A stretch of 64,000 bases of DNA from Paragordius varius. Taxonomy: Eukaryota; Animalia; Nematomorpha. The stretch covers positions 7,192,001 to 7,256,000 of the forward strand of contig OZ176052.1 of NCBI GenBank assembly GCA_964247055.1. Direction: 5' to 3'. Position numbers and translations under genes: made by a program. Shown here in pieces: positions 49,201-61,760 of the stretch (position 1 is its first letter; each line of letters starts with the position of its first letter). The notes beneath the pieces were generated by a model. It was not told where the DNA came from, made no database searches, and saw only the letters and a program-made list of their open reading frames with translations.

Positions 49201-52200
49201 GGTCGCATTCAAATTATATATAGGTAATTAATTTTTTATTAGATTTTATACATAAGAATATAAATTAATATGAACACAATATCAAAACTTATTTTCACTA
49301 ATATTTTATTACTTGCCAAAATTTGGGAAAAGCTTATTCAAAAATTGTTTTTGAAATAATAATTAAATTTGAATAGAGTAGATTTTTGCAAATTATAGTA
49401 TATGCGAATTTATTTGGTAATTTTCTAAATATTTTACGGGCCGCATTTTCACCCCTGTTATAAACCATCATCATTATTTTGAGTTCTTTTCTTTATTTCT
49501 TAGTATTTGTCGTTTTTTGGTCCGAGTGATTTTAGCTAATACCGTTTATAATTTTTTCTCCAATATTCATTATATTTTTCCAGTGGGTATAATGTTTTTA
49601 TGTATATGATATATGCTCCGATATTTTGAAATGCTCTTTCAGGCTCGCCTAACATTCATCACATAAAGAGTGGTTGTTTGAAACACCCGACTGTCATGGA
49701 CAATCTTTTCTTTGTAGTTAAAATATTTTAGTTAAGTTTTGAACACAGTTTGCAGTCATTTGTATATAGTATTTTTTTAGAATATGTATTTTGGTAGTTA
49801 CGATTTTAATGGATGTAGGAGTTTTGCTTAAGAGACATTTTTGTGTTTTTATTATGGTGTAATAAATTATTGGGGAGATCACATTTTTTAAAAAGATTTT
49901 TTTCTTAATTTCAAATACTGCTGGCATCTATTGTATGAGCTGTGTGAAGGATTTGGATAATCGATTATATCTGTGCAGGATGGTGATGGCTTACGATAAA
50001 CTTGTTTTATTTGACCCTAACTTTTTGTGAGATCATCTAAAAATTTTATTGTATTTAGACTGTGCTTCATAGAAAATGTATTAAAATTGTGATTTAAATT
50101 GCATTAGCAGTCCATTCTATGTCACCAAATAAAATATATCAATCCCTTTGCTTATGAAACATCACATCATATTCAAAATAGTTATAGCACCAAACTTGGA
50201 TTTACAACTATTATTTACCAACATTCCCAGATTAAACTTAAAACAATTGATTAACTTACAAACCCCCCAGCGTGTGGGACAGTTATGTCGACACAGAGTT
50301 TTTCCTAAGCCTAACCATGCAGACCTTTATATGATTCAAATGCATGACCACCCTCCACAGACACAATCTATTTGCCAAACTCTATAATTACATACAATAT
50401 GGATGTCAGCAGTATTTAATCTGAACTGTACCTCAAAAAAACGTTATTCAAAAATGGTCATTCCAGCAATGTAAAATTGTTAAATAACAAATGTAAAATA
50501 AAGATAAAAAATTTCTACAAATTTTAAAAAAAACATTATAGAGTATTAAACAGAAAAATTTATAAACTATGCGAAAAAGAAATATTTTATGAGTTTACTT
50601 AGCCTAACAATATAGGAATACAAAATGTTTATAAGTGAAAAGTGGATTAAAATGTTAAAGGGTCATTTTAGGTAGAGTATTAATTTATATATATTGCTAG
50701 CTTTTCAATTGCGAGATAGCATATACAGCGAAGACCATAATTATTGGCCAATTGCAGTCCAACCATGATAATATCCTTAATGCTATCTGGCAATAATTAA
50801 TGCACAGCTACAATGTATTCTTACTCATACTGTATATACCAGGGGTGGACCGCCTGAAAATATTTTTTTTTTAAAGATTTTATTGATTTTTTTCAGATAG
50901 TTGGCTACTTCTGAGCGAATTTAAATTTAAAATACAAAAAAATACGGTTTAAATTAAAAAAAAACGTCTAAGAAAAGAATGTAAAAAAATTATTTTATTA
51001 ATTATAATTCATATGTTTTGGAGCATTTGCATTAAAACTTAAAATCAGTCATTTCCCTTGAATATATCAAAACTTTGAGCAAAGCTTATTCATAAATCAG
51101 AAGCATAATCGTGAAGTTAGATTTGATTTGATACACCAAAAGTAGGTTTTTAAAACTTATATTTTAGAATGAGCCAAAAAAAGTTGCACAGATACAAGAA
51201 AGATTGGGAGCATGAATACTTTTTTATTATGATAAATGAAACATGCACCTGTCTAATATGCAATAGTACTGTTGCTTTGCCCAAAAAGTCAAATATTGAA
51301 AGACATTATAGATCTCTGCATCCACATTACTCCAAAAACTACCCCTTACAAACTCAAGAACGCAACATTAAAGTAAAGGAATTAAAAGAACAATTATCCG
51401 CCTCACAAAATAGCATACTTAAATACAACAAAGACTATAAAAATGCTACGATTGCTTCATTCAAGGTAGCGGAAATACTCATTCGGAACAATAAGCCATT
51501 CCAAGATGGTGAAATATTTAAAGAAGCCTTTATTAGCGCTTGTGCTATTTTATTTGAAAATTTTGATAACAAAAATAATATTATGACAGCTATTAAAAGC
51601 ATAAGCTTATCGAGAAATACCGTTATGCGCAGGGCTGAAGATATTGGTAATAATCTTGATGAAATTTTACATGAAAATAACTGTATTTTTTTTCCTTGCA
51701 ACTCGATGAGTCCACCGATTATGTTGGAATCGCCCAATTATGCATTTTTATTCGTATGATATTTAGTGATTTATCTGCAAAGGAGGAATTATTAACTATA
51801 ATACCTCTCCACGAACGAACCAGAGGGCAGGATATTTTTGACTCTTTTTATAAATTTATCACAGATACGAAACTTCCCATCGTAAAACTCGCATCTATAA
51901 CTACTGATGGAGCTCCAGCTATGATTGGCGTTAACAACGGCTTTATCGCTTTATGTAAAAATCACAGTGCATTTCCCAAGTTCATTGATTACCATTGTAT
52001 AATCCATAATCAAGTTTTATGTTCAAAAGTTTTAAAATACCATCATGTAATGAACCCCTGTTTTAAAATTGTTAACGCCATTCGAACAAAAAGCTTGTCC
52101 CGCCGCCAATTTCGAATTTTGTTAAATGAGTGCGGCGTGGAATATGGAGAACTTTTATTACATACTGATGTAAAGTGGTTGAGTCGTGCCGCATTTTTAA

Positions 52201-55200
52201 TTAGATTTAGGCAACTTTTACCACAAATAGAAATTTTTTTAGAGAATTCTAAATTTTCATACCCTGAATTGAAAGATCAAGATTGGCTGCTTGATCTTGC
52301 ATTTTTATGCGATATCACGGAAAAATTGCATAAATTAAACATCCAATTACAAGGAAAAGATAAAACAATAATGGATATGATGGGTGCTTTAAAATCTTTT
52401 AAGGAAACACTCAGAGTAGTAGAAACACAATTAAAAAACCGAGATTTAAAACATTTTTTTAATCTGGCAGCGGTGTCTGAAAAAATAGAGAATCTCTCTT
52501 TTGAAAAATATGCAGATGATATTGGTCTGCTTATTAATGATTTTGAAAAACGATTTTCATCTATAAATAAACTTGAAGACATCGCTATTTTTTATCATGC
52601 CCATTTAATAATAATAATAATGTTGAATATATTGCTCAAAACTCAGCCACTTTCTTGGTGTACCAAATTTAGCAGAGTTGGAAGAGGAATTAATAAATGT
52701 TAAATGCGATATCCATCTAAAATCATTAGGATCAGATATATATAAATTTATAAATAAAGATAAATACCCCCATATTTGGAAAACCGCTGCATTATTCAAT
52801 TCTTTTTTTGGATCCACATATTTATGTGAATCGGCTTTTTCAATTATGAATGCTATCAAAACTAAACAGAGGTCACAATTAACTAATAAACATTTAGAAT
52901 CATGTTTGAGAATTGCTTTGACTTCATTTGAACCTAATTTAGATAAACTTTCTGAATTTTTTCGCAGTCGGGCGTTTTAAATATTTTTTTCTTTATTAAA
53001 TATGGATGTTTATCGAGTTGTATTTTCGCTTAGGAAAAAGCCGATTTACTAAAAAATATGTGGATAGAATTAAAACTGATACAATTTTAATATACTCTTA
53101 TTTATGTTCAAATTATGGTTCTAAATTGGAATGCTATTTTTTATTTCTTTTATTTTTTGTATCATAATGTATTCTCCCCTGTAATTTCAAATGCATTGTT
53201 TAAATTTTTATATTGTAAAATTTCATATAATAGAAATTTAATAAATAAATATTTTGAAGTGTTTTATGTTGGTTAAAAAATTAAGGTAGTTAATAACCCG
53301 TTGTCTTTTAATTAAAATTATTTTTGTATTTGGTTGATAGATAAAAAAATTACAATTTTAAAATGGTTTAAACAAGTCACTCTAATCTGTAAAGCAGGTA
53401 TATACATCATTTAAAGTGTTGATTAAGTTTTTTTGATAAATATTTCTGGGTGACCGCGAACTCTTTTTTTAACAAAAAAACCAAAAAAAAGCTCGCGACA
53501 AAAAAAGTGTGGCCACCCCTGGTATATACCATTTACCAGTCTTAGAAAACGTTTTCTCAGTCAATCAAACATTTTTTCAGGCAAACGAAAACATTTTCCC
53601 AATCAATCGCAACATTTTCTTAGTTGATAAAAACGCTTTAGTTTTTGATGATATATATATATAACAATAGGATATAAAAATACCTTTGTGTATGTATAAA
53701 ATTTGTTTCGTTTAACAGTTTGCATTTTAATGGTTGTTTATATCAAACTCTAGTTGCCAATTTACAACACAGTAATGTATTAAAAAACAAAAAAAAGTTG
53801 AATAGATATTTTTTTTCTTTCTTTCATTCATTAAAATGTTTATTGTATTTTGACTAAATGTAAAACAGTGGAATAACTCTCAGTCTTATGGCAAAAGAAT
53901 TTAAAAAATATAAATCGGATATTTAATTGAAATTTTACTTTACGGAATATTTAATATTTAGGGTGCGTAATGTATATATATATATATATTTTGTGAGTAT
54001 TTTCAATACAAAAATTATTTTTAATAATGAAAAAAGAGGTTTAAAAAATAATTACTTTGTTCGAAATTAAGAAAGTTTTGGTAAGAAACAGTAACAGAAA
54101 CGTTTAAATCGCTGTTATTTTGAGGTGATGGCAATGCTTTAACGCCTCCGTCTTGAGAATGCAAAATTTTAATAAGGTTAAAATTTTTATAGTATTCCCT
54201 CATCACAACTATTCCATTCAAATTCAATGCAACAATCTATATTTCCAGATAATTGATTAATTATTCTTTGCAGCATATTTTCTTGTTATAAAGTATTGAA
54301 AATTAAAGAATTTTTTTAATAAACAAAGCTGTTACTGTAAATATTAGTGAATTAAATATTTTTTTTCTTTATGATTTTACGATGAATATTCTTGATAAAA
54401 TATAAAGAGCAATCTTATTTAACTGTATCTTCAAGGGCAATGATGATGTCATTAAATGATTTTATTTGCGATCTGGTCCGATCGGTATTTTAGAACAAGT
54501 ACTTATACTACATTTATTTATAAACTATATGTTTTTTAAAATACAGTGTTTACATGGATCATAATAAATTTCTAAATGACCTGTGTATAGTAGTAACTTT
54601 TAAAACGTTTTTTTAATCCAAAGTCTCCCATACTTTGCCCCACATAATTAATCCTTAATAAAAGATGATAATTTTATGTATACTGTCGATTTTCGTTCTT
54701 AATTCAACATTTTTTTATATTTATTAGATATCCATTCGTAAATCCTATCACAAAGGGTATGGGAAAAGATTGGAAAACAAGTTGTATTTGTACGCTAAAA
54801 ATTGTAATAGGGCAATTTATGGAATTGATAATGCTTTGAACTCTTGAAACTCTCTATTATAATCGTAAAATTAACGATAAAAATATTTTTAGTTAATAGT
54901 TTAGTTTTTTCATTATTTTCATTTATACCCATAAGGGAAGGCGATAAAAACTATTGTTTAATATCATTATTTATATTTAATTTTTGATAAATGTAAATGA
55001 AGTATGAACCTACCTTTGTTACAGCTTCAGGGAAAAAACCAAATGTAAAGTTATTCATCTCAAAGCAGTTCTCTAATCCTTCATTCGTATAAGGTATTAG
55101 ACACATTGGATTAGATGGTTTTTCTGGGAATAATTCATAACTCTTGGGTGTTATCTATAATATAATATATAAAAAAATAATAAATTAACACTTGGATACA

Positions 55201-58200
55201 CACACTCATTTTAGTCTTCGATTCAAATTGGGGTAGTTGGATACCCCAGGCCTGTTTAAATTCAAATACTTTAAAACGAAGGAATCAAAACCATGGCAAA
55301 ATTTTGCACTTATATAACATTAATAAATCGAAATATATAAAAAATTTTATTCAAAACTTGATAATATTTATTTTAAGGTAAAACCGAAAGGTATTGTCAA
55401 CGTAACATGTGTGATATGGTAAAATTAAAAAATAATACAAATTAAACCGCTTTTTCTATTTCTATCAATGTTAGATGTAATTTAAATAAAAAATTAGTTT
55501 TAATTTTACCCTTAAAATTAACACTTCGATTCAAATTGGCGTATCTAAATACCCCAGACTAAATTAGAGTTAGGATTTTTATAAAACTACTGAAGGAAAC
55601 GGTCCCAATTTAAATTTATGCTTCTATCCTAATAAAAATTATATAAATATGCCAAAATATCTCAATAAAATTTTGTTTTGAAAAAAAAAGGTTCCATGTC
55701 AAACTACTTCGACGCCATTTTTATTTTACAAAATTTTTGCAAAATATCGTCTTCATTTAATTTTAAGGGTAAATTTAAAGGTAATTTTTTATTTAAAATA
55801 TATCCAACATTCATAGTAATAGAAAAAGCTGTTTAATTTGTATTATATTTCAATTTTACCATTGCACGCATGTCATGGTGACCAAATTTTTACCTCTCGG
55901 TTTTAGTTCAAATTAAAAAATATCAAGTATTTTTGAATAAATTTTTTTTATATATTTCGGTTTATTAATGTTATATAAGTGCAAGATTTTGCCATGGTTT
56001 CGATTCCTTCCACATTTTTTAAAGAATTTAATTTTAAACAGGCCTGGGGTATTTAACTACCCCAATTTGAATCGAAGGACTAAAATGAATGTGTTGTATC
56101 CAAGTGTAATGAAGACGATAATTTGCAAAATATTTGTAAAATAAAAATGGCGTCGAAGTAATTTGTTATGGAACTTTTTTTAACAAAATTTTATCAAGTA
56201 TTTTAGCATATTTATATAATTTTTATCAGGAGAAGCATCAATTAAAATTGGGACCGTTTACTTTAGTAGTTTTTCAAAAATATTAACTTAAATTTAGTCT
56301 GGGGTATTTAGATACCCCAATTTAAATCGAAGTGTTAAACAAATTTTAGGAAAGGGCAATTTCTGTTAAAAAACATCATTCATACGCTTGAATAATGACG
56401 CAAAAAATTGTTTGATGTGTTTGGACAAGATTCTTATGCAGTCCAGAAATGGGGTTATTTCAGTATTTAATTAATTAAAGAAGATTTAATTTACATGTTT
56501 GTTGGAATGTATAAATATTTTCTTATATTTAATAATTACAATAAAATTATAGATGCCACTGTATTTCAGCCCCCAATTTCAATGTATATGTAAATAAAAT
56601 TAAAAAACCACCTCCATGGCAACAGACATATAGCCAATTAGAAAACTGAAATGGCCAATTTTAGCTCTCGTTTGTATATCTTAAACTAAACATCCGGTTA
56701 AAGGGCGCACGGTTCTTATACTGTGCTGGAGTGCCAAAGTTTAACACCCAATGAAATTTTACCATCAGTGTCAGCCCTGGACAGGCCAATGTAAAGGCCT
56801 TAACAAGTCCTGATATAATTTAAACCTTAGCCCTTTGATAAAAAAGGGTAAAAAAGGACTATTTATATAGCTTACACACCCATTTTATTTTTGTTTACAT
56901 AATTAAGGTCAATGATTAATTCCGTCATTGAATAATTAAAAGACCTTACCCTTTGATAAAAAACTAAAAGAGATACTACACACCCTTTATTTTTTAAGTT
57001 AATTTTACACAGCTTTTTTTGTTTACACAATAAAGGTCATTTATAAATGGCTTCCAATATATCGAGTATTTAAAAGACATTAGATTTTTTAATTAAATTT
57101 TTTCATAAAATTGTGTGTTTAGGGATGGGAATTTTTGGTTCCGACTCCATATACTTTTTTGTGATTGTAAAAAAACGGTCCTGTAATATCGGCTACAAAA
57201 TATTTTTGCATAATATTTTAGTTCGGGTTTCGATTTTGTTTTTTGAAATTGGGTTTACTTTCATTGTGATGGTTTTAATTAATTTTTTATAATAGCCTAA
57301 TTATTCTGATACAATGTGAAAATGAAAAATAACACATTTAGTATAGGCTTCTTTTTAGCCAAAAACTAAATTTACTTTAAATTCAATAAAAAGAATAATA
57401 CCAAAATAATTATTTAAAAAAAATCATTTTTCGGAGCCGTTTGTGTGCAGGTGTTCTGGTTTTAAAACGATTAAATAGCTAATGCTATTTTTAATTAACA
57501 TTGATAGGATAATTCAGCAATAATCAAATTTATTTAAAGCATGAAGTTTCGATTGCTACAAGTACAGTAAAAACTGAAATAATACGGACAAAATGTAAAA
57601 ATATGAATACATATATTTTTTCTAAAAGACAACCATACTTTTTCAATCTAGATTTTCAATATAACTTATTGTTTTAAATGGCAAAGTGTGAAATAGAGAT
57701 ATATAATACTAACACAATCAATTTTATATTTTAAATTGTAACTAAGTAGATTATATGAGAAACATTAAGGTTTTAAAAAGTATGGTTGTGTTTTAAAAAA
57801 ATTTTTCTTTATATTTTTACCTTTTGTCCGTATAATTTTATTTTTTACTTGTCAAATGTAAAATCTAAAAATATTATATGGAGAATTGCATTGTGCCAGC
57901 TAAATCAAACCATAACGTCATTTAACAAATAATTTATTATAGTATAAAAAGATGGCTTTGGATAAATTTTATTTTTTTATCGAATATTAAACATTTGATA
58001 TTTAATATGCTGCCTTATTATCATATTCGCTTTTTTGGGTATTACAAAATTTATTAAAAAAATTACCGTAATTATAGCGTTTTCTTGATAGAACTGGCTA
58101 AACAATTTGACAAATATATATAAATGATTTAATTGGCCAATTTCGATTTAATCGAAATTGAAAAAAGTACCTGTTCAACAAAAATTGGCGTACGATTTCA

Positions 58201-58353
58201 TGTGGCTTGTGTGGCACAATTGATTCTATACATATATAAATTTTAATAAAAAATATCGTTTGAAATATTTTTTTTAGATTAAACATCTTTACCTTGAGCC
58301 ACAGCATTAAGTATAAGTGGAACTAAAAATATAGTTAAGTATAGCGAATTCAT
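46291..58353 (-). CDS. Unknown secreted protein, tandem paralog 3, 331 aa; exons 58353-58293, 58225-58171, 56362-56341, 55154-55014, 54236-54056, 48901-48817, 47850-47694, 46717-46619, 46485-46291
   Basis: GT-AG, phase-compatible chain of 996 nt. Signal-like MNSLYLTIFLVPLILNAVAQ. Same exon phases as paralogs 1 and 2. The 22-nt exon 3 is the least certain part. Confidence 0.83.
48001..48066 (-). ncRNA. Second hammerhead motif copy with a core mutation (CTTATGA), in intron 6 of paralog 3
   Basis: Minus strand gtcgta-CTTATGA-gtgc taacac gcac-GAAA-CTAGTC|tgcgat; about 90% identical to 34825-34890. Confidence 0.78.
48288..48578. mobile_element. hAT (Charlie-like) MITE, TSD atttaaaa/atttaaat
   Basis: cagggGCATCCAA ... 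ttggacattcctg termini with gggccgcat subterminal motifs. Confidence 0.85.
49152..49457. mobile_element. hAT (Charlie-like) MITE, perfect TSD TTATAAAC
   Basis: ttataaac|cagggg ... cccctg|ttataaac; same family as 48288-48578. Confidence 0.88.
49560..50420 (-). pseudogene. Old decayed hAT transposase relic
   Basis: Minus strand KTLCRHNCPTRW (hAT C.TRW motif) at ~50260-50300 and ERAF-like text at ~49630; heavily disrupted. Confidence 0.4.
50840..53521 (+). mobile_element. hAT-Buster/Charlie transposon (2682 bp), perfect TSD GTATATAC, in intron 5 of paralog 3, antisense to the host gene
   Basis: gtatatac|CAGGGGTGG ... CCACCCCTG|gtatatac; the central TA in the TSD is typical of the Buster group. 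Confidence 0.95.
51169..52980 (+). CDS. hAT Buster/Charlie-type transposase (GTF2IRD2/ZBED5-like), ~604 aa if three 1-nt homopolymer shortfalls are corrected
   Basis: BED-like CLIC...H..H, LQLDESTD, SITTDGAPAM, HCIIH.Q.L, V.WLSR and C-terminal FGSTYLCESAFS.M. Frame breaks at T8 (51686-51693), T6 (52588-52593) and A4 (52638-52641). Confidence 0.85.
53529..53650. mobile_element. Left arm of a decayed M2 MITE, directly abutting the Buster element
   Basis: TA|CCATTT followed by degenerate ttttcccaatcaatcg units. Confidence 0.65.
55189..56334. mobile_element. piggyBac-type MITE (TTAA|CACTTGGAT...CGAAGTG|TTAA) containing an inverted copy of itself (55522-56106)
   Basis: Segment order X-Y-X'-Y', compared with the simple X-Y' copy at 61183-61760; TTAA flanks. 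Confidence 0.85.
57565..57851. mobile_element. MITE family M6 (TA|CAGTAAAAAC end)
   Basis: tacggacaaaatgtaaaaatat mirrors atatttttaccttttgtccgta. Confidence 0.75.
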
Positions 58354-59485
58354 TGTCAAATCAAACTAAAAATAGAGGAAATAAAAATTATATGTATAGA
58401 GTAGACTATCTATGTGTGTAATGATCATGTATATATAATATAATTTACAAATATTTTACGAGCTAATATTTGTTCTGTTTTTACATATTGTCGGAAATTT
58501 TGTCGTCGGACTCATATTGAGTAAGAAAGGTGTTGTTAACCTTGAAACATATTTACACAATATGACATTTTGGATATGGAAAGCCGAAATTTATAATCAT
58601 TTGATGATAATTATGAGTTAGATATATATTATTGATTTGATAAAAGTTACTCGAAGGCAAAGGGATGTTTACCCAAAAAAAATTCAGCAAAATGTTTAAT
58701 ATCTCATGCAAATATCTTTTATAGTTTGGCGCTGTATCGCCATTAATAATCATAGAGTCAAAATTAAAAGAATCTATTATCTAAATATTTATTATCATTA
58801 AACCAAATACGATTTTATATTAGTTGTCTTTAGGAAGCATTAAATTGTACGCTAAAAAACACTTTTGTAATTTTTATTATGTGGGTTTATGCTTAATAAT
58901 ATCTCAGATACATCTGTCTGAATTATGAATTTTATATGTTAACAGGATTCTATTACTTAATAATATAATTAAATTTAGTTTTCGGGACAATTTTATTCCG
59001 ATCTTAATCAAACCCTATTTTCCGCGATTATAATTGGTTGATATTTTATTCATTGTTTTGTTCACCTCTTAATTTTTGAAATATAAATTATTTGAGACTT
59101 CAAAATAATTATACACAAAACATAAGCGGCAAATCTATAAATATCATAAAATGCAATTATCAAGGTTATCTAATGGTTTTTTTACCTTATATAATCTGTT
59201 TCGGTTGAATTTAAAAAACCTTTGTTTTATTTTCAGATGCTTGAGAGCCGGATAGGCTTCATCCCAAAATAAGTGTTTTTTGTTTATATTTAAAATTATA
59301 TGTGATTTTTTATTTATTTAAAAAACTTAATGCGTTGTGTATAATAAAAAATTGAAACAGTAAAGCGTATTATAACAATAATTAAACTCTGTAAGTTGAA
59401 ATTGAAAAGTATATTGAAAATTAAATTTATATTTAAACAGGAAATGGAAAATGGTATGTGGGACCCTTCCTCCTTTGTAAACGCT

Positions 59486-59565
59486 GATTAGTTTTGTGCT
59501 TGTTAGCAATCATCTGTACGACCACCAAACTAGTCTGCGATTACTAGTGACGAAGAGTTTCACAT
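59486..59565. repeat. Rearranged remnant of the hammerhead-bearing repeat (decayed minus-strand core joined to a plus-strand 3' half)
   Basis: gttttgtgcttgttagcaatcatctgtacgac followed by aaactagtctgcgattactagtgacgaagagtttcaca. Confidence 0.7.
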
Positions 59566-60252
59566 ATCTTAATATTTTAATTTAATTTAATTTTCTAATT
59601 TCAGTTTCATTTTCGTTTATAACGTTAATTTAAACTCTAGTTAATAAAAATTTCCATTAGTTTAATGATTTATTGTATTTAATAAAATAACAAAATTTTT
59701 GGTTAGGATTTAAAAAATATATTTTCAAAAACTGCATGTTTATCCGTGATAGCAAAATAAAATTATACAAAACTATAGGAAAACCTTTGAATTTTAAAAC
59801 CGGTTCAGGAACCAATAGATTTTGTAAACCTTTAGGTTTCCGCTCCATATTTTCCAAGAACTACTTTGATTTAGTTAAAATCATAAAATCAACTAATTTC
59901 CGGTTCCAACCGTAGTGATGGTCCACATTTGAAAAGCTAAGTTTTATAAAAATGCTGTTTTGCTTTGAAAATATCATACTATTTATGTGTCGAAAATGAA
60001 TTTTAATCTACAATAATATAGTTTAAAGATATATTTTAATGATATTTTTTGGAATAAAGCTTTTAGCTTTCACCAAAAGAATTTTATTTGATATAATGGG
60101 CATTAATTTTGCGATTTTCGATATAACCAAAAATGTGTTTTTTTTCAAATGCAGGCTTAAATCAAAAGCATTATTAGAATCATGATGAATAGTTCTATCA
60201 GAAATAATATATTTAGAGATATATATGTGAGCTTTTGTATTAATATATTTTA

Positions 60253-60539
60253 GAGTAAAAACTGAATTTTTACGAACAAAACGTAAAATATAAAGACAAA
60301 TATTTTTTCTACAAGACAACCACTTTATTACACTTAATTTTTTAAAATATATCTCATTGTTTTAAATTGCAAAGCATATTGATATGTGTATATTGGTGAT
60401 ACAATCAATTATATATTTTACAATCGTAATTATATATTTTATATGAGAAAAATAAGGTTTGAAAAAGTATGGTTTTCTTTTAGAAAAAAAATTTTCTTTA
60501 TATTTTGACGTCTTGTCCGCATAAATTTAGTTTTTACTG
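60253..60539. mobile_element. MITE family M6 copy
   Basis: TA|gagtaaaaactgaa ... ttagtttttactg|TA with the shared interior. Confidence 0.75.
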
Positions 60540-61182
60540 TATTTTGAGTTAATACATTTGGTGTTTACCAAAAAAAATTAATTTGATGTACGCTAATTTT
60601 GCCACTTTTGATATGGATCAATTGCCACAAATGTGATAACATCTTTATTTAATCACTCCTAAGTCCAAAAATCAAAATTCTGTTCTGGATCATAGTATTA
60701 CTTTTGGAATAACGGGTTATTTAAGGATGTTATTTCCAACTTGGTCGCAATTCAATACCGAGTCGCAAAATTGGTGACCACTAGATTGATAAAATCTTTT
60801 GAAAAGCTATTCATAAAAATATTATTAATATATATGATGATACGCTATTAAAAAAGAAAAACAACATAGCGCACAAAAAAAAAATGTTTTAATGAAATAT
60901 ATATTTTTTGATAGATAAAATGTATAAGGATACTCATGCTTTTTGTTTTAGGTCTTAATTTAGTAATATAAAAAAGTTATAATAATATTTCGGTAATTTA
61001 TGCCAGGCAAAATTTGCGCACATATTGCTAAATATTTTTTTGGTAAAATTCTAAAAAATATCATTAATATGCATATATTATATTAAAAAAGCAAAACATT
61101 ATTTTATAAATTTTTTATTTTTAGACGTGGGGCCCGAAAGTCTCAAATTTATGGCCCCCTTTAAAATGGGCTGTTAATTTAA

Positions 61183-61760
61183 CACTTGGATATAACACAT
61201 TCATTTAGTCCTTCGATTCAAATTGGGGTAGTAAAATACCCCATGCCTGTTTAAAATTAAATTCTTTAAATAATATGGAAGGAATTAAAACTATGGCAAA
61301 ATTTTGCACTTATATAACATTAATATACCGAAATATATAATAAAAATTATTCAAAAATACTTGATATTACTTATTTTAAGGTAAAACCGAAAGGTGAAAA
61401 TTTAGTCAACGTAACATGTGTGCAATGGTAAAATTGAAAAATAATACAAAATAACCCGCTTTTTCTATTTCTATCAATGTTAGATGTAATGTAAATAAAT
61501 AATTAGATTTAATTCTACCCTATAATTAAATTAAGACGATTTTTTTTAAAAAATTTGTAAAATAAAATGGCGTCGAAGTAGTTTGACATGGAACTTTTTT
61601 TCCAAAACAAAATTTTATTTAGATATTTTGGCATATTTATATAATTTTTATTAGGATAGAAGCATAAATTTAAATTGGGACCGTTTACTTCGGTAGTTTT
61701 TAAAAAATCCTAACTCAAATTCAGTCTGGGGTATTTAGATACCCCAAATTGAATTAAGTC
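61183..61760. mobile_element. piggyBac-type MITE, simple copy (~578 bp)
   Basis: ttaa|cacttggat ... aattaagtc|ttaa; homologous to 55189-56334. Confidence 0.82.

Noticed and set aside
51435-52859. Minus-strand ORFs 51435-51737, 52277-52582 and 52605-52859
   Set aside because: Antisense shadows of the Buster transposase.
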